IMG/VR virus record: IMGVR_UViG_2875535316_000001
Span: 1-64,000 of that record
Origin: a virus
Taxonomy: Duplodnaviria > Caudoviricetes
Direction: 5' to 3' (one strand)
Length of the DNA stretch: 64,000 bases
The position numbers and the translations under genes are program-made. The notes beneath the pieces were generated by a model. The model searched no databases. It was not told where the DNA came from and saw nothing but the letters and a program-made list of their open reading frames with translations. Below, one piece after another: positions 35,638 through 48,600 of the stretch (position 1 is the first letter of the stretch; every line of letters begins with the position of its first letter).

Positions 35638-38634
35638 ATGCCGGTCGGTTTTCTGACCCAGGAGCAACGCGACGGTTTTGGCCGCTATGTCGATGCCCCC
35701 AGTCGTGAGGAGCTGGAACGCTACTTCCACCTGAGCGACGACGACCACAAAATCCTCCTACCGCTGCGCGGCGAGCACAACCGCCTTGGCTACGCCACCC
35801 AACTGACCAGCATCCGCTACCTGGGCACTTTTCCCGACGACTTTTCAGCCGTCCCCCAAGAGGTGCTGCAAGCGCTCAGTCGCCAGTTAGGCATTACCGA
35901 TCCAACTTGTATCCTGGCCTATGCCGAAACCCGCCAACGTCAACGTCATGCCGCCGAGATTCAGGAGCGTTACGGCTATCGGGTGTTTGCTGATTCCAGC
36001 GTCGGCTTTCGACTTGCCCGCTGGCTGTATGCGCTCTGTTGGACAGGGACAGATCGTCCTGGCGAGTTGTTCAATCGGGCGACGACCTGGTTGCTGACGC
36101 ACAAGGTTTTACTGCCCGGCGTCACCGTTCTGGAACGGTTCATCGCCCAACTGCGCAGCCGGGTCGAAGAACGCCTCTGGCTAACCCTTGGCCGCAGTGT
36201 GAGCGAGGCGCAACGGCAGCAGCTACAGGACTTGCTGCTGGTCGCCGAAGGCAACCGCAGTTCCCGGCTGGATCAACTGCGCTCCGGCCCGGTGATGGTC
36301 AGTGGCCCCGCACTGATTCGGGCGCTGCGCCGGCTTGATGACGTGCGCGGCATCGGCATCGCCTTGCCAGCGGCGGCGCACATCCCGCCCAGCCGTATCG
36401 CGGCCCTGGCTCGCTTCGCCAACACCGCCAAGGTCACGGCGATCAACCGGCTGCCGGCGTCGCGGCGGATGGCGACACTGGTGGCGTTCGCCCTGTGCCT
36501 GGAGGCCACCGCGCACGACGACGCCCTGGAGGTCCTGGAAGCGCTGTTACGCGACCTGTTCAGCAACGCGGAGAAGGCCGACAAGAAAGCCCGCATGCGC
36601 AGCCTGAAAGACCTGGATCGCTCGGCGGCGACGCTCGCCGCCGCGTGCAAGGTCGTGCTGGACAGCTCAATCAGCGATGACAACGTGCGCGCCCGGCTGT
36701 TCAACGACCTGCCGAGGGCCTCGCTGGAGAAAGCCCTGGAAGATGTCAATGCGCTGATCCGCCCGGTTGACGATGTGTATTTTCTCGCCCTGGAGGCGCG
36801 CTACCGCAGTGTGCGCCGTTTCCTGCCCGACCTGCTCAAGCACATCCGCTTCGGCTTCAGCCCGGCCGGCAAAGGCGTGGTCGCCGGCCTGGATTGGTTG
36901 CAGCTGAACCTGCCCCGCCGGAAACCGGAGGATGACGCGCCGCAGGAGATCGTGGCCAAGGCTTGGCAGAAGCACATTACCCGCGAGGATGGCTCCCTCG
37001 ACATGGGCGCCTATGTGTTCTGCACGCTCGATGCGCTGCGCACGGCCCTGCGCCGGCGCGACGTGTTCGTCTCGCCCAGTTGGCGCTATGCCGACCCGCG
37101 TCTCGGCCTGCTCGACGGTGCCGAATGGCTGGCGGCGCGGCCGATCATCTGCCGCTCGCTGGGCCTGACCATTGACGCCGGCACCACCTTGGATGCGCTG
37201 AGCGCCGAGTTGGATGCGACCTGGCAGGCGGTCGCGGCCCGCCTACCCGACAACCCCGCGATCCAGCTGAGCGAGAACGCCGAGGGCAAGACCGAGCTCT
37301 CGCTCGGCACACTGGACAAGCTGGAGGAGCCGAACTCGCTGCTGCAACTGCGAGCAGCCGTGGCTGATCTGATGCCGCGTGTCGATCTGCCGGAAATCCT
37401 CTTGGAAATCGCCGCTCGCACCGGCTTCGCCGAGGCCTTCACCCATGTGTCCGAGCGCAATGCGCGGGCCGACAACCTGGTCACCAGCCTCTGCGCGGTG
37501 CTGCTGGGTGGGGCCTGCAACACCGGCCTGGAGCCGCTGATCCGCACCGACAATCAGGCGCTACGCCGCGACCGGCTGTCCTGGGTCAGCCAGAACTATA
37601 TCCGTGACGACACGCTGTCAGTGGCAAACGCCATTCTGGTGGGGGCGCAGAGCCAACTGGAGCTGGCCCAGGTCTGGGGCGGCGGCGAGGTCGCCTCCGC
37701 CGATGGCATGCGCTTCGTGGTACCGGTGCGCACCGTGCATGCTGGCCCCAACCCGAAGTATTTCGGCACCGGCCGGGGCGTCACCTGGTACAACTTGATT
37801 TCCGATCAGTTCTCCGGCCTCAACGCCATCACCGTGCCCGGCACCCTGCGCGACAGCCTGGTGCTGCTGGCCGTGGTGCTGGAACAGCAGACCGAGTTGC
37901 AGCCGACGCAGATCATGACCGACACCGGGGCCTACAGCGATGTGGTGTTTGGGCTGTTCCGCCTGCTCGGCTACCACTTCAGCCCGCGCCTGGCCGACGT
38001 CGGCGGTACCCGTTTCTGGCGCACGCGCCCGGAGGCGGATTACGGCAAACTCAACGGCCTGGCCCGGCAGTCGGTCAAGCTCGATCTGATCGCCGAGCAC
38101 TGGGACGACCTGCTACGCCTGGCCGGCTCGCTCAAGCTCGGCCGAGTGCCGGCCACCGGCATCATGCGCACCCTGCAAACAGGGGATCGTCCCACCCGCC
38201 TGGCCCAGGCGCTGGCTGAGTTCGGTCGCATCGAGAAGACCTTGCACACCCTGACCTACATCGACGACGAGTCCAAGCGCCGCGCCACCCTGACCCAGCT
38301 GAACCGGGGCGAAGGCCGCCACAGCCTGGCCCGCGCCGTGTTCCACGGCAAACGCGGCGAGCTGCGCCAGCGCTACCGCGAAGGCCAGGAGGACCAGCTC
38401 GGCGCCCTCGGCCTGGTGGTGAACATCATCGTGCTGTGGAACACCCTCTACATGACGGCGGCCGTAGAACGGCTCAGGCAGCACGGCTACCCGGTGCTGG
38501 AGGAGGATGTCGCGCGGCTCTCGCCACTGATCCACGAGCACATCAACATGCTGGGCCGTTACTCCTTCGCGGTGCCGGAAGAGGTTACCCGCGGCGAACT
38601 GCGGCCGCTGCGCAATCCGGACGACGACCAGTAG
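35638..38634 (+). CDS. tnpA: Tn3-family transposase
   Basis: 998 aa; ASADGMRF, IMTDTGAY, QLNRGE DDE motifs. Confidence 0.97.
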   Translation: MPVGFLTQEQRDGFGRYVDAPSREELERYFHLSDDDHKILLPLRGEHNRLGYATQLTSIRYLGTFPDDFSAVPQEVLQALSRQLGITDPTCILAYAETRQRQRHAAEIQERYGYRVFADSSVGFRLARWLYALCWTGTDRPGELFNRATTWLLTHKVLLPGVTVLERFIAQLRSRVEERLWLTLGRSVSEAQRQQLQDLLLVAEGNRSSRLDQLRSGPVMVSGPALIRALRRLDDVRGIGIALPAAAHIPPSRIAALARFANTAKVTAINRLPASRRMATLVAFALCLEATAHDDALEVLEALLRDLFSNAEKADKKARMRSLKDLDRSAATLAAACKVVLDSSISDDNVRARLFNDLPRASLEKALEDVNALIRPVDDVYFLALEARYRSVRRFLPDLLKHIRFGFSPAGKGVVAGLDWLQLNLPRRKPEDDAPQEIVAKAWQKHITREDGSLDMGAYVFCTLDALRTALRRRDVFVSPSWRYADPRLGLLDGAEWLAARPIICRSLGLTIDAGTTLDALSAELDATWQAVAARLPDNPAIQLSENAEGKTELSLGTLDKLEEPNSLLQLRAAVADLMPRVDLPEILLEIAARTGFAEAFTHVSERNARADNLVTSLCAVLLGGACNTGLEPLIRTDNQALRRDRLSWVSQNYIRDDTLSVANAILVGAQSQLELAQVWGGGEVASADGMRFVVPVRTVHAGPNPKYFGTGRGVTWYNLISDQFSGLNAITVPGTLRDSLVLLAVVLEQQTELQPTQIMTDTGAYSDVVFGLFRLLGYHFSPRLADVGGTRFWRTRPEADYGKLNGLARQSVKLDLIAEHWDDLLRLAGSLKLGRVPATGIMRTLQTGDRPTRLAQALAEFGRIEKTLHTLTYIDDESKRRATLTQLNRGEGRHSLARAVFHGKRGELRQRYREGQEDQLGALGLVVNIIVLWNTLYMTAAVERLRQHGYPVLEEDVARLSPLIHEHINMLGRYSFAVPEEVTRGELRPLRNPDDDQ

Positions 38635-38771
38635 GTGTAACGGCCTGGGTTCGAAATCGGCCGGGCACCGCACTCGATGCCACTTCCAGCTCAGACGGAT
38701 TGCGACTGACGGAGTCCTCGGGCTCACGCTTTCTGCGACCAGCAAGAGCCACTTTTCCGGTGCAGCGCGAA

Positions 38772-38984
38772 TTAGCCGTCCTGACGGGTACTGACCTTTT
38801 GTGTGCAGGGGTGATCAGGCTCGGATGCCGCCCTCTTATCTGCTCGCGACATGAAACGCTGATAGCACTCCAGGCCACAGAAGTGCACGACATACTCGGA
38901 ACCTTCCGGCGTCAGTGCGGCGTCAAGGGGAATGTCCTTGCAGCATTCGCAGCAGCTGATGGTGGAGGTGTTGTTTGTGTTCAT
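38772..38984 (-). CDS. DUF3330-type Cys-rich protein found after mer operons
   Basis: [18 protein letters not shown]. Confidence 0.8.
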   Translation of the reverse strand: MNTNNTSTISCCECCKDIPLDAALTPEGSEYVVHFCGLECYQRFMSRADKRAASEPDHPCTQKVSTRQDG

Positions 38985-39107
38985 GATGGGGGTTCCTCCA
39001 TCGTCCAAGAAAACCTAGCAACGCTTTCCCCCCGTGACTGAGCGCCGATCGACCTGCAGCCTCCCTGCCCAACTCGGCAGTGGTGGTCGCGCCGTGCTCC
39101 GAGCGGG

Positions 39108-39344
39108 TCACGGTCGCTTCCGAAAGGCCTGCAATGCCGCTCGCAGGAAGAGGATGAAGAAAACCGCCAGCACGAGCGTCGCGAGGCTCCACTGCTCGCT
39201 GACGAACGCGCCGGCCGCTGTCCCCGAAAGCAGCAATGCCAGCACCGGCAGATGGCAAGGGCAGGTGAGCGCGGCGAGCACGCCCCAGGTGTAAGCACGC
39301 CAGCGGAAGACCTTGCTTGACTCAACGTGATCGGCGTTACGCAT
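39108..39344 (-). CDS. merE: Mercury transporter MerE
   Basis: LTCPCHLP motif. Confidence 0.93.
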   Translation of the reverse strand: MRNADHVESSKVFRWRAYTWGVLAALTCPCHLPVLALLLSGTAAGAFVSEQWSLATLVLAVFFILFLRAALQAFRKRP

Positions 39345-39699
39345 AGGCAGAACCTTCGCCGGCGCAATGAGTCAGCCCGGCCAGCTGGGTTGCCACTGCG
39401 GCTAAGGCCGCCTGCCGTGCCGTGACTAGCCGGAGCAGGCACTCGACGCAGCCGATCAAGTCGGCGCCATCGTCCGCATCGAGCGCCCGGCAGAGCCGTG
39501 CCAATTCGTCGAGCCCGATACCAGACTCGAAGGCGGCGCGCACGAAGCGCAGACGCGCCAGGGACCGCTCATCGAAAATGCCGTAACCGCTCTCCGTGCG
39601 CCGCGCGGGGTGCAGCAAGCCACGCAGCACATAGTCGCGCACCACATGCACGCTGACGCCCGCGTCCTCGGCCAGTCTGGATATGGTGTAGGCATTCAT
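39337..39699 (-). CDS. merD: Mercury co-regulator MerD
   Basis: [23 protein letters not shown]. Confidence 0.93.
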   Translation of the reverse strand: MNAYTISRLAEDAGVSVHVVRDYVLRGLLHPARRTESGYGIFDERSLARLRFVRAAFESGIGLDELARLCRALDADDGADLIGCVECLLRLVTARQAALAAVATQLAGLTHCAGEGSAYA

Positions 39700-40115
39700 C
39701 ACCGACACTCCCGGTCTTCCCCGCAAACTAGGGCGCTCAGATATTTCCTTCCGGCTAGGCGTTCAGGTAGCCAGATGAGCAATGGCGTAACCCCTAGTGC
39801 CAGGAGCAACCACAGCCGGGAGTGATACTCGCCGTTTGGGGCAAACCCATAAGCCAGCAGCGCACCCAGCGCGAGCATCAGGAAATACGGCCCGGTGATG
39901 TAGCAGTGAAGGCGGCGACAGCGCGCGGCGTTGACCAGGCAGGCGCCGCCCATCACGAGTAGCGCGGCGCTCGCTGCCAGGAACAACGCAGGGCGTCGAT
40001 CCGCCAGAACAAGCGCTATGGTCGCCACGACGGCAGGCAGCCCCCATAAGCTGATTACCTGCCAGGTCTTGCGCAGGCTGTCGCGACTGCCGAGATCGCT
40101 TGCCGTGTCGTTCAT
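39699..40115 (-). CDS. Four-TM membrane protein with Cys/His cluster between merA and merD
   Basis: [22 protein letters not shown]; GAGG RBS; abuts merD start. Confidence 0.7.
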   Translation of the reverse strand: MNDTASDLGSRDSLRKTWQVISLWGLPAVVATIALVLADRRPALFLAASAALLVMGGACLVNAARCRRLHCYITGPYFLMLALGALLAYGFAPNGEYHSRLWLLLALGVTPLLIWLPERLAGRKYLSALVCGEDRECR

Positions 40116-40135
40116 GCTTCAACCTCGCGCGCTCA

Positions 40136-41830
<1,695 letters not shown>

Positions 41831-42262
41831 TCATTTTGGCGGAGTCGGACAGGACGTCGGGGAGCAACGGCGGTGGGCGGGCGACACGAGATCCCAGATG
41901 GACACCCCAAACATGAGGGCCAGGCCGATATAGAGCAGCCAGCCGCTCCGCCAGCCGTGAGCCAGCATCAAATACACCGCTATCAGCACCAGGGCCGGGC
42001 CGATCAGGCCAGGCGCAGCGCGTCGCCACTGCCGGTGACTGAACCCGCCGAGGGCATTGACGAGCAGGGCCAGCCCGGCAAATAACGGCAGCAGCGTGGT
42101 GATGAACAGGCCTTCCCACTGGCTCAGAAAGCCCAGACCGATCGCGGCCCCCAGACCGGCAAGGGCGGGGAAACACGAGGCACAGCCTATGGCAGAAATC
42201 AGCACGCCAACGGACCCGGCTTTGTCACCGATCCGCGTGAACAAATTGAAAGGGTTTGCCAT
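41831..42262 (-). CDS. merC: Mercury transporter MerC
   Basis: GCASCFPALAGLGAAIGLGFL. Confidence 0.93.
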   Translation of the reverse strand: MANPFNLFTRIGDKAGSVGVLISAIGCASCFPALAGLGAAIGLGFLSQWEGLFITTLLPLFAGLALLVNALGGFSHRQWRRAAPGLIGPALVLIAVYLMLAHGWRSGWLLYIGLALMFGVSIWDLVSPAHRRCSPTSCPTPPK

Positions 42263-42274
42263 CGGAATGCCCGC

Positions 42275-42553
42275 CTACTGCTTGACGCTGGACGGGTAGC
42301 CGGCGTCCTCGGTCGCCTTAGTCAGCGCCTGGACATTGGTCTTGGCATCATCGAAGGTGACGATGGCCTCGCGGTTCTCATAGCTCACCTCGGCCTTGGT
42401 CACGCCCTCGACCTTGGTCAGCGCCTTCTTCACCGTGATCGGGCAAGCGGCGCAGGTCATGCCCGGCACCGCCAGAGTGACGGTCTGCGTGGCCGCCCAG
42501 GCAGGTGCGGCGACTAGGGTGGCGAGGGCGAAGGATGCAAGCAGTTTTTTCAT
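42275..42553 (-). CDS. merP: Periplasmic mercury-binding protein
   Basis: Signal peptide and GMTCAAC. Confidence 0.96.
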   Translation of the reverse strand: MKKLLASFALATLVAAPAWAATQTVTLAVPGMTCAACPITVKKALTKVEGVTKAEVSYENREAIVTFDDAKTNVQALTKATEDAGYPSSVKQ

Positions 42554-42566
42554 GGCGGACTCCTGA

Positions 42567-42917
42567 TCAGTAGAACAAGGGAAGGATGTAGGGGAAGCCG
42601 AGCGCGACCAGCACCAAGGCCGTTACCAGCCCGAACAGCAGCTTGTAGGTGGTGCGTACCTGGGGCACGGCGCAGACCTCACCCGGTTTGCAGACTTGAG
42701 CCGGGCGGAAAATGCGTCGCCAGGCGAAGAACAGCGCGACTAACGCCGCACCGATGAAGAGCGGGCGGTAAGGTTCCAGCACGGTCAGGTTGCCGATCCA
42801 GGCCCCGCTGAATCCCAGTGCGATCAGAACCAGCGGCCCAAGACAGCAAGTCGAGGCGAGAATCGCCGCAAGCCCCCCGGCGACAAGAGGGGCGCGCCCG
42901 TTTGATGGTTCAGACAT
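42567..42917 (-). CDS. merT: Mercury transporter MerT
   Basis: ASTCCLGPLV and CKPGEVC; ATG 42917 with AGGAG RBS. Confidence 0.96.
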   Translation of the reverse strand: MSEPSNGRAPLVAGGLAAILASTCCLGPLVLIALGFSGAWIGNLTVLEPYRPLFIGAALVALFFAWRRIFRPAQVCKPGEVCAVPQVRTTYKLLFGLVTALVLVALGFPYILPLFY

Positions 42918-42952
42918 GCATTTCTCCTTTCGAGCATGTGAGCGATGGTTTA

Positions 42953-42983
42953 AGGTTACTTCCGTAGTCAAGTACGGAGTCAA
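42953..42983 (-). promoter_or_regulatory. PmerT promoter / MerR operator
   Basis: TTGACT-N19-TAACCT with the dyad TCCGTA..TACGGA in the spacer. Confidence 0.9.
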
Positions 42984-42988
42984 GCAGT

Positions 42989-43408
42989 ATGGAAAACACT
43001 GTGGAAAGCCTGACCATCGGCGCCTTCGCCAAGGCGGCCGGGGTCAACGTGGAAACCATCCGGTTCTATCAACGCAAGGGGCTGTTGCCCGAACCGGACA
43101 AGCCCTACGGCAGCATTCGCCGCTACGGCGAGGCGGACGTGGCCCGGGTGAAATTCGTCAAATCCGCGCAACGACTGGGCTTCAGCCTCGATGAGGTGGC
43201 CGGGCTGTTGCGATTGGATGACGGCGCTCACTGCGACGAAGCGCGCGTGCTCGCCGAGCAGAAGCTCGAGGATGTGCGGGGGAAACTCGCGGATCTGCGG
43301 CGGATCGAGTCGGTGTTGGCGCGGCTGGTTCACGATTGTTGTGCGAGCCACGGGACGGTTTCCTGTCCGCTGATCGTTTCGCTGCAGGGGGAAAAGGAAC
43401 TGCGCTGA
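42989..43408 (+). CDS. merR: Hg(II)-responsive regulator
   Basis: [24 protein letters not shown]; conserved Cys ligands. Confidence 0.97.
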   Translation: MENTVESLTIGAFAKAAGVNVETIRFYQRKGLLPEPDKPYGSIRRYGEADVARVKFVKSAQRLGFSLDEVAGLLRLDDGAHCDEARVLAEQKLEDVRGKLADLRRIESVLARLVHDCCASHGTVSCPLIVSLQGEKELR

Positions 43409-43560
43409 CTCCGCGCGTTAACCGAGGATTTCCCGATGCGTGAGGCACCTCCGGGGTCGGCTTGCGCTTGGCAAAACAGCGGCGCTCATTGAGCGCCGCT
43501 GAATGGCCAAAGGAGCACTTGCATAGGCCACAGGTTAGTACTGCATCAGCAGCTCATGTT

Positions 43561-43779
43561 CTACTTTGCAGGCGGACAGCCGGGCTGCGCCTCGACCCGG
43601 CCAGCCGCCGTGGCCCCCAGTTGCTCAATCTTCTTGGCGGTTTCCGCCACCAAGGCCGCCTCAGCCTTGTCGCGCATAGCGGCGATTCGCTCGATTGAAC
43701 GGTCGCTCCCGCTCTCGGCCCATACGGTGGATGACAGCAGAGTCGCACCAACTATCAGCAGTAGTCTTAGGTATTTCAT
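43561..43779 (-). CDS. Small exported protein with PtrA N-terminal-like motif
   Basis: Signal peptide then WAESGSDRSIER; GAGG RBS. Confidence 0.65.
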   Translation of the reverse strand: MKYLRLLLIVGATLLSSTVWAESGSDRSIERIAAMRDKAEAALVAETAKKIEQLGATAAGRVEAQPGCPPAK

Positions 43780-43814
43780 AACAGCCTCCTCTCGGGTTTT
43801 CTACCCACGAGCCG

Positions 43815-43845
43815 ACTCTATCTCCGTAGTTAAGTACGGAATCAA
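43815..43845 (-). promoter_or_regulatory. Second MerR-type promoter/operator
   Basis: TTGATT-N19-TAGAGT with TCCGTAGTTAAGTACGGA, 17 of 18 identical to the merT operator. Confidence 0.8.
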
Positions 43846-43936
43846 GGAGAGATGGAGATGAAGGTCCTGGATTATGGCGCTGAGAGGAAATGGCAGGGCT
43901 TAAGTGCACTTTCTGTTCCGTTGCTCCCCAAACCCC

Positions 43937-45243
43937 ATCACCAGGTTGCCGAAGCGCGGATTGAGCGCGTCCACCTGGTTGCGCAGAAGGTCGTAAATGT
44001 CCTTCTCCAGCATTTTGGCCTCGCCACGCTGCGACCAGGGCGAGCCTTGCCCGTATTTGCCCAGCATCAACGTCCGCACCTGCTGGACTACCGCGGCGCT
44101 GTCGTACACCGATGGGATTTCAAGGGTCAGCTTGACCGACATGACCGAAGGCACGACCTCGCGCCGGCGATAGCGCAATGCGCTGTCAGCGCGCTTGATG
44201 ACCTGCTCGATCATCTTATGCAACGTGTCGTTGCTACCGCCCGAGCTGGTGGCGGCCACGAAAATGGAGTTGATATTGGCATAGCTGCCGCCGCGCACCG
44301 CTTCTTCGCGGGCCTCGTTCCACACACTCAGGAACCGCACCGGCGCCACCCGCTTGCGCACTAGGTAGTCGAAGTTCGACAGGTAGACCGCGCTGTCACC
44401 GTAAATGGCCGGATAGGAGCCGATTTCACGCATGGTGTTGATATCCATGGGGTCGGCGCCGGGCTGCGTTACCTGCGCCAGCTCCAGCACCGTCTGCGCT
44501 TCCTGGTTGGCCACACCGGCGCCAGCGTAGCGGAACGCGAAATTCATGTTTTCCGACAGGGTAATCTCGCCCTCGGTGTCCTGGACCTGCACGGTGATGC
44601 TTTCGCCCACCGCCGGCTGGTAGCCCGCCAGGTTGGAAATACCGAACTGCACGCTGATTACGCCGACTTCATCGCTTTTGATGTTGAACACCTTATCGCC
44701 GGGCAGCACGTTGGCGAACGCATAGGACTGCTCAAAGTCCGCTACTGCCACGTCAGCGATGTAACCCAGCTCCGCGCCTGGTACCGGAATGCTGTAGAAC
44801 GGCATGGATTGGGTCACGGTGTGCGTCAGGGTGCGCGCCTTGACTTGTTTGCCGACCACATAGCCCACCGCCCCCGCCGGCACCGTGGCGCCGCTTGTCA
44901 CCAGCCAGTAGCGGCCCTGCTGGTCGAGCAGCTCGCGCCCTACCAGGACGCGCAGCGCCGAACTTGAGCCGTTGGTGACCTTGATGCTGGCGATGGTGGG
45001 CGTGCCGAACGGCAGAATGCCCTTCACAGCGCCATCGGCGCGCACGGTAACGTCGCGGGCCCTTGTGAAGGGCTCGGCCCCAGTCACGTCAATTTGCGCG
45101 CTGAGGCTGGCCAGCTGGGCCGCGTTGGCGGCGATCATCTGCATGATCATCGGGTCACCGATCGCATAGCGGGCCGCAATGGTCGGGTAGTTCGCGATTT
45201 CGTTGACCGCGTCCTGAATGAATTGGTCTTTAGTAATTGCCAC
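43937..45243 (-). pseudogene. Baseplate J-like (P1 BplA-like) gene, 5' part, truncated by the transposon
   Basis: GTG 45243; QPGADPMD..AVYLSNFDYLVR J-like core; reads 12 codons into the IR and stops at 43900. Confidence 0.85.
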
Positions 45244-45562
45244 GGTCAACCACTCCCACAAGGGCATCAACGCTGATCGAGCTGCCGTTGATGTTGATAT
45301 ACAGGTTCTTTCGATCGATGCCGTTGCTGGTGGCTTCCAGGTTGATCGTGCCCACCGGCAGGGCCGCCAGCACGGGAATGTCGATCTTCATCTTGGCCAG
45401 GAAGGCGTCAGCGATCGGAGAACTGAGAGGCTTCTGCAGCCAGTCCTCGAGCGGCGCGCCATAGGTGGAGCCGTAGTAGGAATTCGGCTTGGTCCGCAGC
45501 CAGTGCGCGATCATCCGAAACAGCAGGTCCACGTTGAAAACATCATTCGCCACGTCAGCCAT
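45230..45562 (-). CDS. Baseplate wedge gp25/gpW-like protein (P1 PmgA position)
   Basis: HWLRTKPNSYYGSTYG; directly upstream of J. Confidence 0.7.
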   Translation of the reverse strand: MADVANDVFNVDLLFRMIAHWLRTKPNSYYGSTYGAPLEDWLQKPLSSPIADAFLAKMKIDIPVLAALPVGTINLEATSNGIDRKNLYININGSSISVDALVGVVDRGNY

Positions 45563-45592
45563 GGGCCACCCAATAACGGTTTATTGAGGGGA

Positions 45593-45635
45593 ATGGTGAC
45601 AAAGAAAAACCGCCACATTGCGCGGCGGTTTGCAT
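45593..45635 (-). promoter_or_regulatory. Late-type promoter overlapping a terminator hairpin
   Basis: ATGCAAA-N30-CACCAT; the spacer has an AACCGCC..GGCGGTT hairpin and T-run. Confidence 0.65.
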
Positions 45636-45645
45636 GGTTGGCGGG

Positions 45646-48600
45646 TTAGAGCGACCGGGCAAAGCCTCCCATACCAATCCCCCCTGTGGCCGCGTGGGCA
45701 ATCGCCCGATCGGACACGTTCTGTGTCAGCGGCAAGGCGATCGGCGCCGACGGTGCAGCTGGTGCCTTGCTTGCTGGCGCCATTGGCTTGGGCACCTGTG
45801 GCGTTGGCGGAATCCGCGACTGTCCCGCATCCGGCGCCGGGGCGCTGTAGTTGGGCACCTTCAACGGCGGGATACTGGCCGGCGCCGATGTGCTGGCCAT
45901 GATAGCTGGCGCCCCCGCCTGCACACTGCCCGGGTTAGCGGGCGGCGATACCGGCGCCATCGAGGCCGCGGGGATCGGCATCACCCCCACCGGCTGGGCG
46001 GTGTTGAGCTTGGTGGCGCTGGCCAGTGCCGGCGTGGACGTTGCCGGCACTCCTGCGCTACCTGGTGCAGCGGGAGCGGCCGCAACCGGCGCCGGTGTGC
46101 TTGCCCCATCACCACCCTTGCCACCTTCACCAGGTGCGCCGGTACCGCCGACCACCACAGGCTGCAGCACCAGGGGAGTAACGCCCGGAATGGCAGCCTT
46201 GCCGGCGGCCGCAGCCGCGTCTGGTACCGCTGTCAGCAGGCTGGCCGTTGTTGCCGCGCCCGGCGCACCCGCAGCACCGGCACCGTCCGCGCCAGCAGCG
46301 CCTGGCTGCCCTGTTGCTGCAGCGGCGGCCAATGGCGTGACCAGGGGAGTGATCCCCGGGATAGCAGCCTTCCCGGCCGACGGCGCCGGCGCAGCACCAG
46401 GCGCAACCGCGAATGGGCCCGCGGGCTGGGTAGCGCCTGCCTTGCCCTTCACTGCAGCCATGGTGCTGTTGATCGCCTCCATGGCAGGCTCCGGCGCCGC
46501 TACCCGCACCTCATTGGCCTGGCGGGTCGGCGTCAGGTCGCCCACCTTGGCCTGGGCCAGGTACTTGTCATACTTCGTTTCAACATCGGCCAGGCCATTG
46601 GTACCGCCGTTGGTGCGCACCCGGGCGCCCCTGATATCTCCCTTCTCGGCCAGGGCGTTGGCCCCGGAATCTTTCCAGTGCTGTACCGCGATCTGGGCGG
46701 AGTACTTCGGATCGCTGGCCAGCTCGGGGTTGTTCACCAGGTCAATGCCCAGCTTTTTGCCCATGCGCTCATACTGGTCACGGCCGGTCAGCTGGATATC
46801 GCCACGCCCGCGGAATTTGAAGCCGTCCCCCGGGTCCTTGTTGCCCATGCGGCCGCCATACACCCGGTTGGCGATCGCTTCGGGGTTGTTGGCGTCGGCG
46901 CGGGCGCTCTCGGCGTCCTTGTAGTACTTGGGGAACACCTGCTGCAGGCGCTTGGCGCTGTAGTTCAGGTTTTCCTCTTTCGACTTGAACCCGCCCGACT
47001 CGTGGTCGACGTTGGCCATAAGCGCGGCCTTGGATTTCGGGTCAGTGATGCCCCCGGCGTCCATCGCCTTGATCAGCTCGTCTTTACGGGCATTGGAGCC
47101 GCCCGTGTAGCGCCCGCCGGTTACCGTGTTGAGGACGTTCTGCCCGGCATCCTTGACCGTGGCGGCCTTCTCGCCAACGTAGTCCTTGGCGGTCTGAACC
47201 TTGTCCCGGATGGTGTCGCGGGTGTCCTGGAAGGTTTCGACAACCTTGGTCTTTACCGCGCTGAACGTGTCGGCGACCTTGGCCCAGGACTCTTTCGCCC
47301 ACTCGCCAATATTGGCGAAGGTGCTGGCGCCCACGGCGAGAACGCTATTCCAGCCTTCCTTCACCGCGCCAAACGCATCGCTGGCCATCTTGGTGGCGCC
47401 GTCGGCAACCGCCGTCCAGGCACCGGTAACGCTGGCCATCATGCCGGTCATGTCGACCTTGCTTAGCCACTCCCCGACGGTGGTACCGAGCTGGTCACCC
47501 AGTACCCCGCCCAGGACGGCGCCAGCAGGCCCGCCGAACATACCCAGCGCGCCACCCACCACGCCGCCGACCACACCACCCATGGTGCCCCAGCGATCGG
47601 TCTTGTTGGCCTGGCGTTCCTCGGCCGTGGCGCTCGGGTCATCCTTGGCCATCGCCGCGCTGGCGAACAGGCCGGCCCCCAGCAGGGCGCCAACCACTGG
47701 CAGCTTGGTCAGGAGGCCCTTACCGGCCTTGGCCAGGCCTGAGAATCTGCCAGCGCGCCCGGTACCGGCACCCCGGCCTGCTCTACTGGCCCCGGCCGCG
47801 TCTTCCCCTGCATCAGCTGCACCAGCGCCAGCACGGTTACGAGTGGCGCCCGATCGGCGGGCTTGGCCATCACGACCAGGACCAGGCCCGGTACCGGCGC
47901 GCGACTCGAAGCGGCCAGTCTCAGGGTTGCGGTGCACACTACGGGCCTCAGCGGTACGCCGCCCGCGCTCGGACAACGCATCCCGCCGGCTACCTCGCCC
48001 GTCGCCCCCGCGCCGCCCATCGCGACCTGGTGCGCCACGTCGACCACGCCCACCCAGCAGGCCACCCACACCCTTGGCCAAGCCGCCCAAGGCGCCAGCC
48101 ATGCGCATAAGGCCGGTAATGCGAGCCAGGGCACGCAATGGCGCCATCAGCATGCCCAGCATGGACAGCAGGCCGGTCAGCAGCAGCCCCATACCGCGGC
48201 CACCGCTGCGCTTGTTGCCCTCACGTAACTCGCCCCAGATACGGCGGTACCACCGGACGCTCTCGCGCTGGCGCTTGTCGTCAGGCGATCGCCCCATGCC
48301 GAACAAGCGGCCCAGTGGCTTGATTGCGCCCATCACTGGGGAAACGATGCCCCCAATTTCCTTGACCGCGGTTACCGCTGGGTCAACGTTGTCGGCGCCG
48401 CTGGCCAGGCCGTCGGCTGCGCTTTTGAGGGACTCGGAAGCCGCCCCCATGGCCTTGGCCGATCGGGACTCGCCTTTGTCGCCGTTATCACCAGGTGAAG
48501 CACTGCCAAACCGGCCGTCTGCGCCCCGCTGGCGCTCACCTGGTGCGTTTGTGGTGCTGCCCGGGGAGCCAGCAGCCTCGCGGCGTGCACGGTCCTTGCG

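Noticed and set aside
34891-35748. 285-aa minus-strand ORF in the transposon
   Set aside because: Antisense to the antitoxin, toxin and tnpA start
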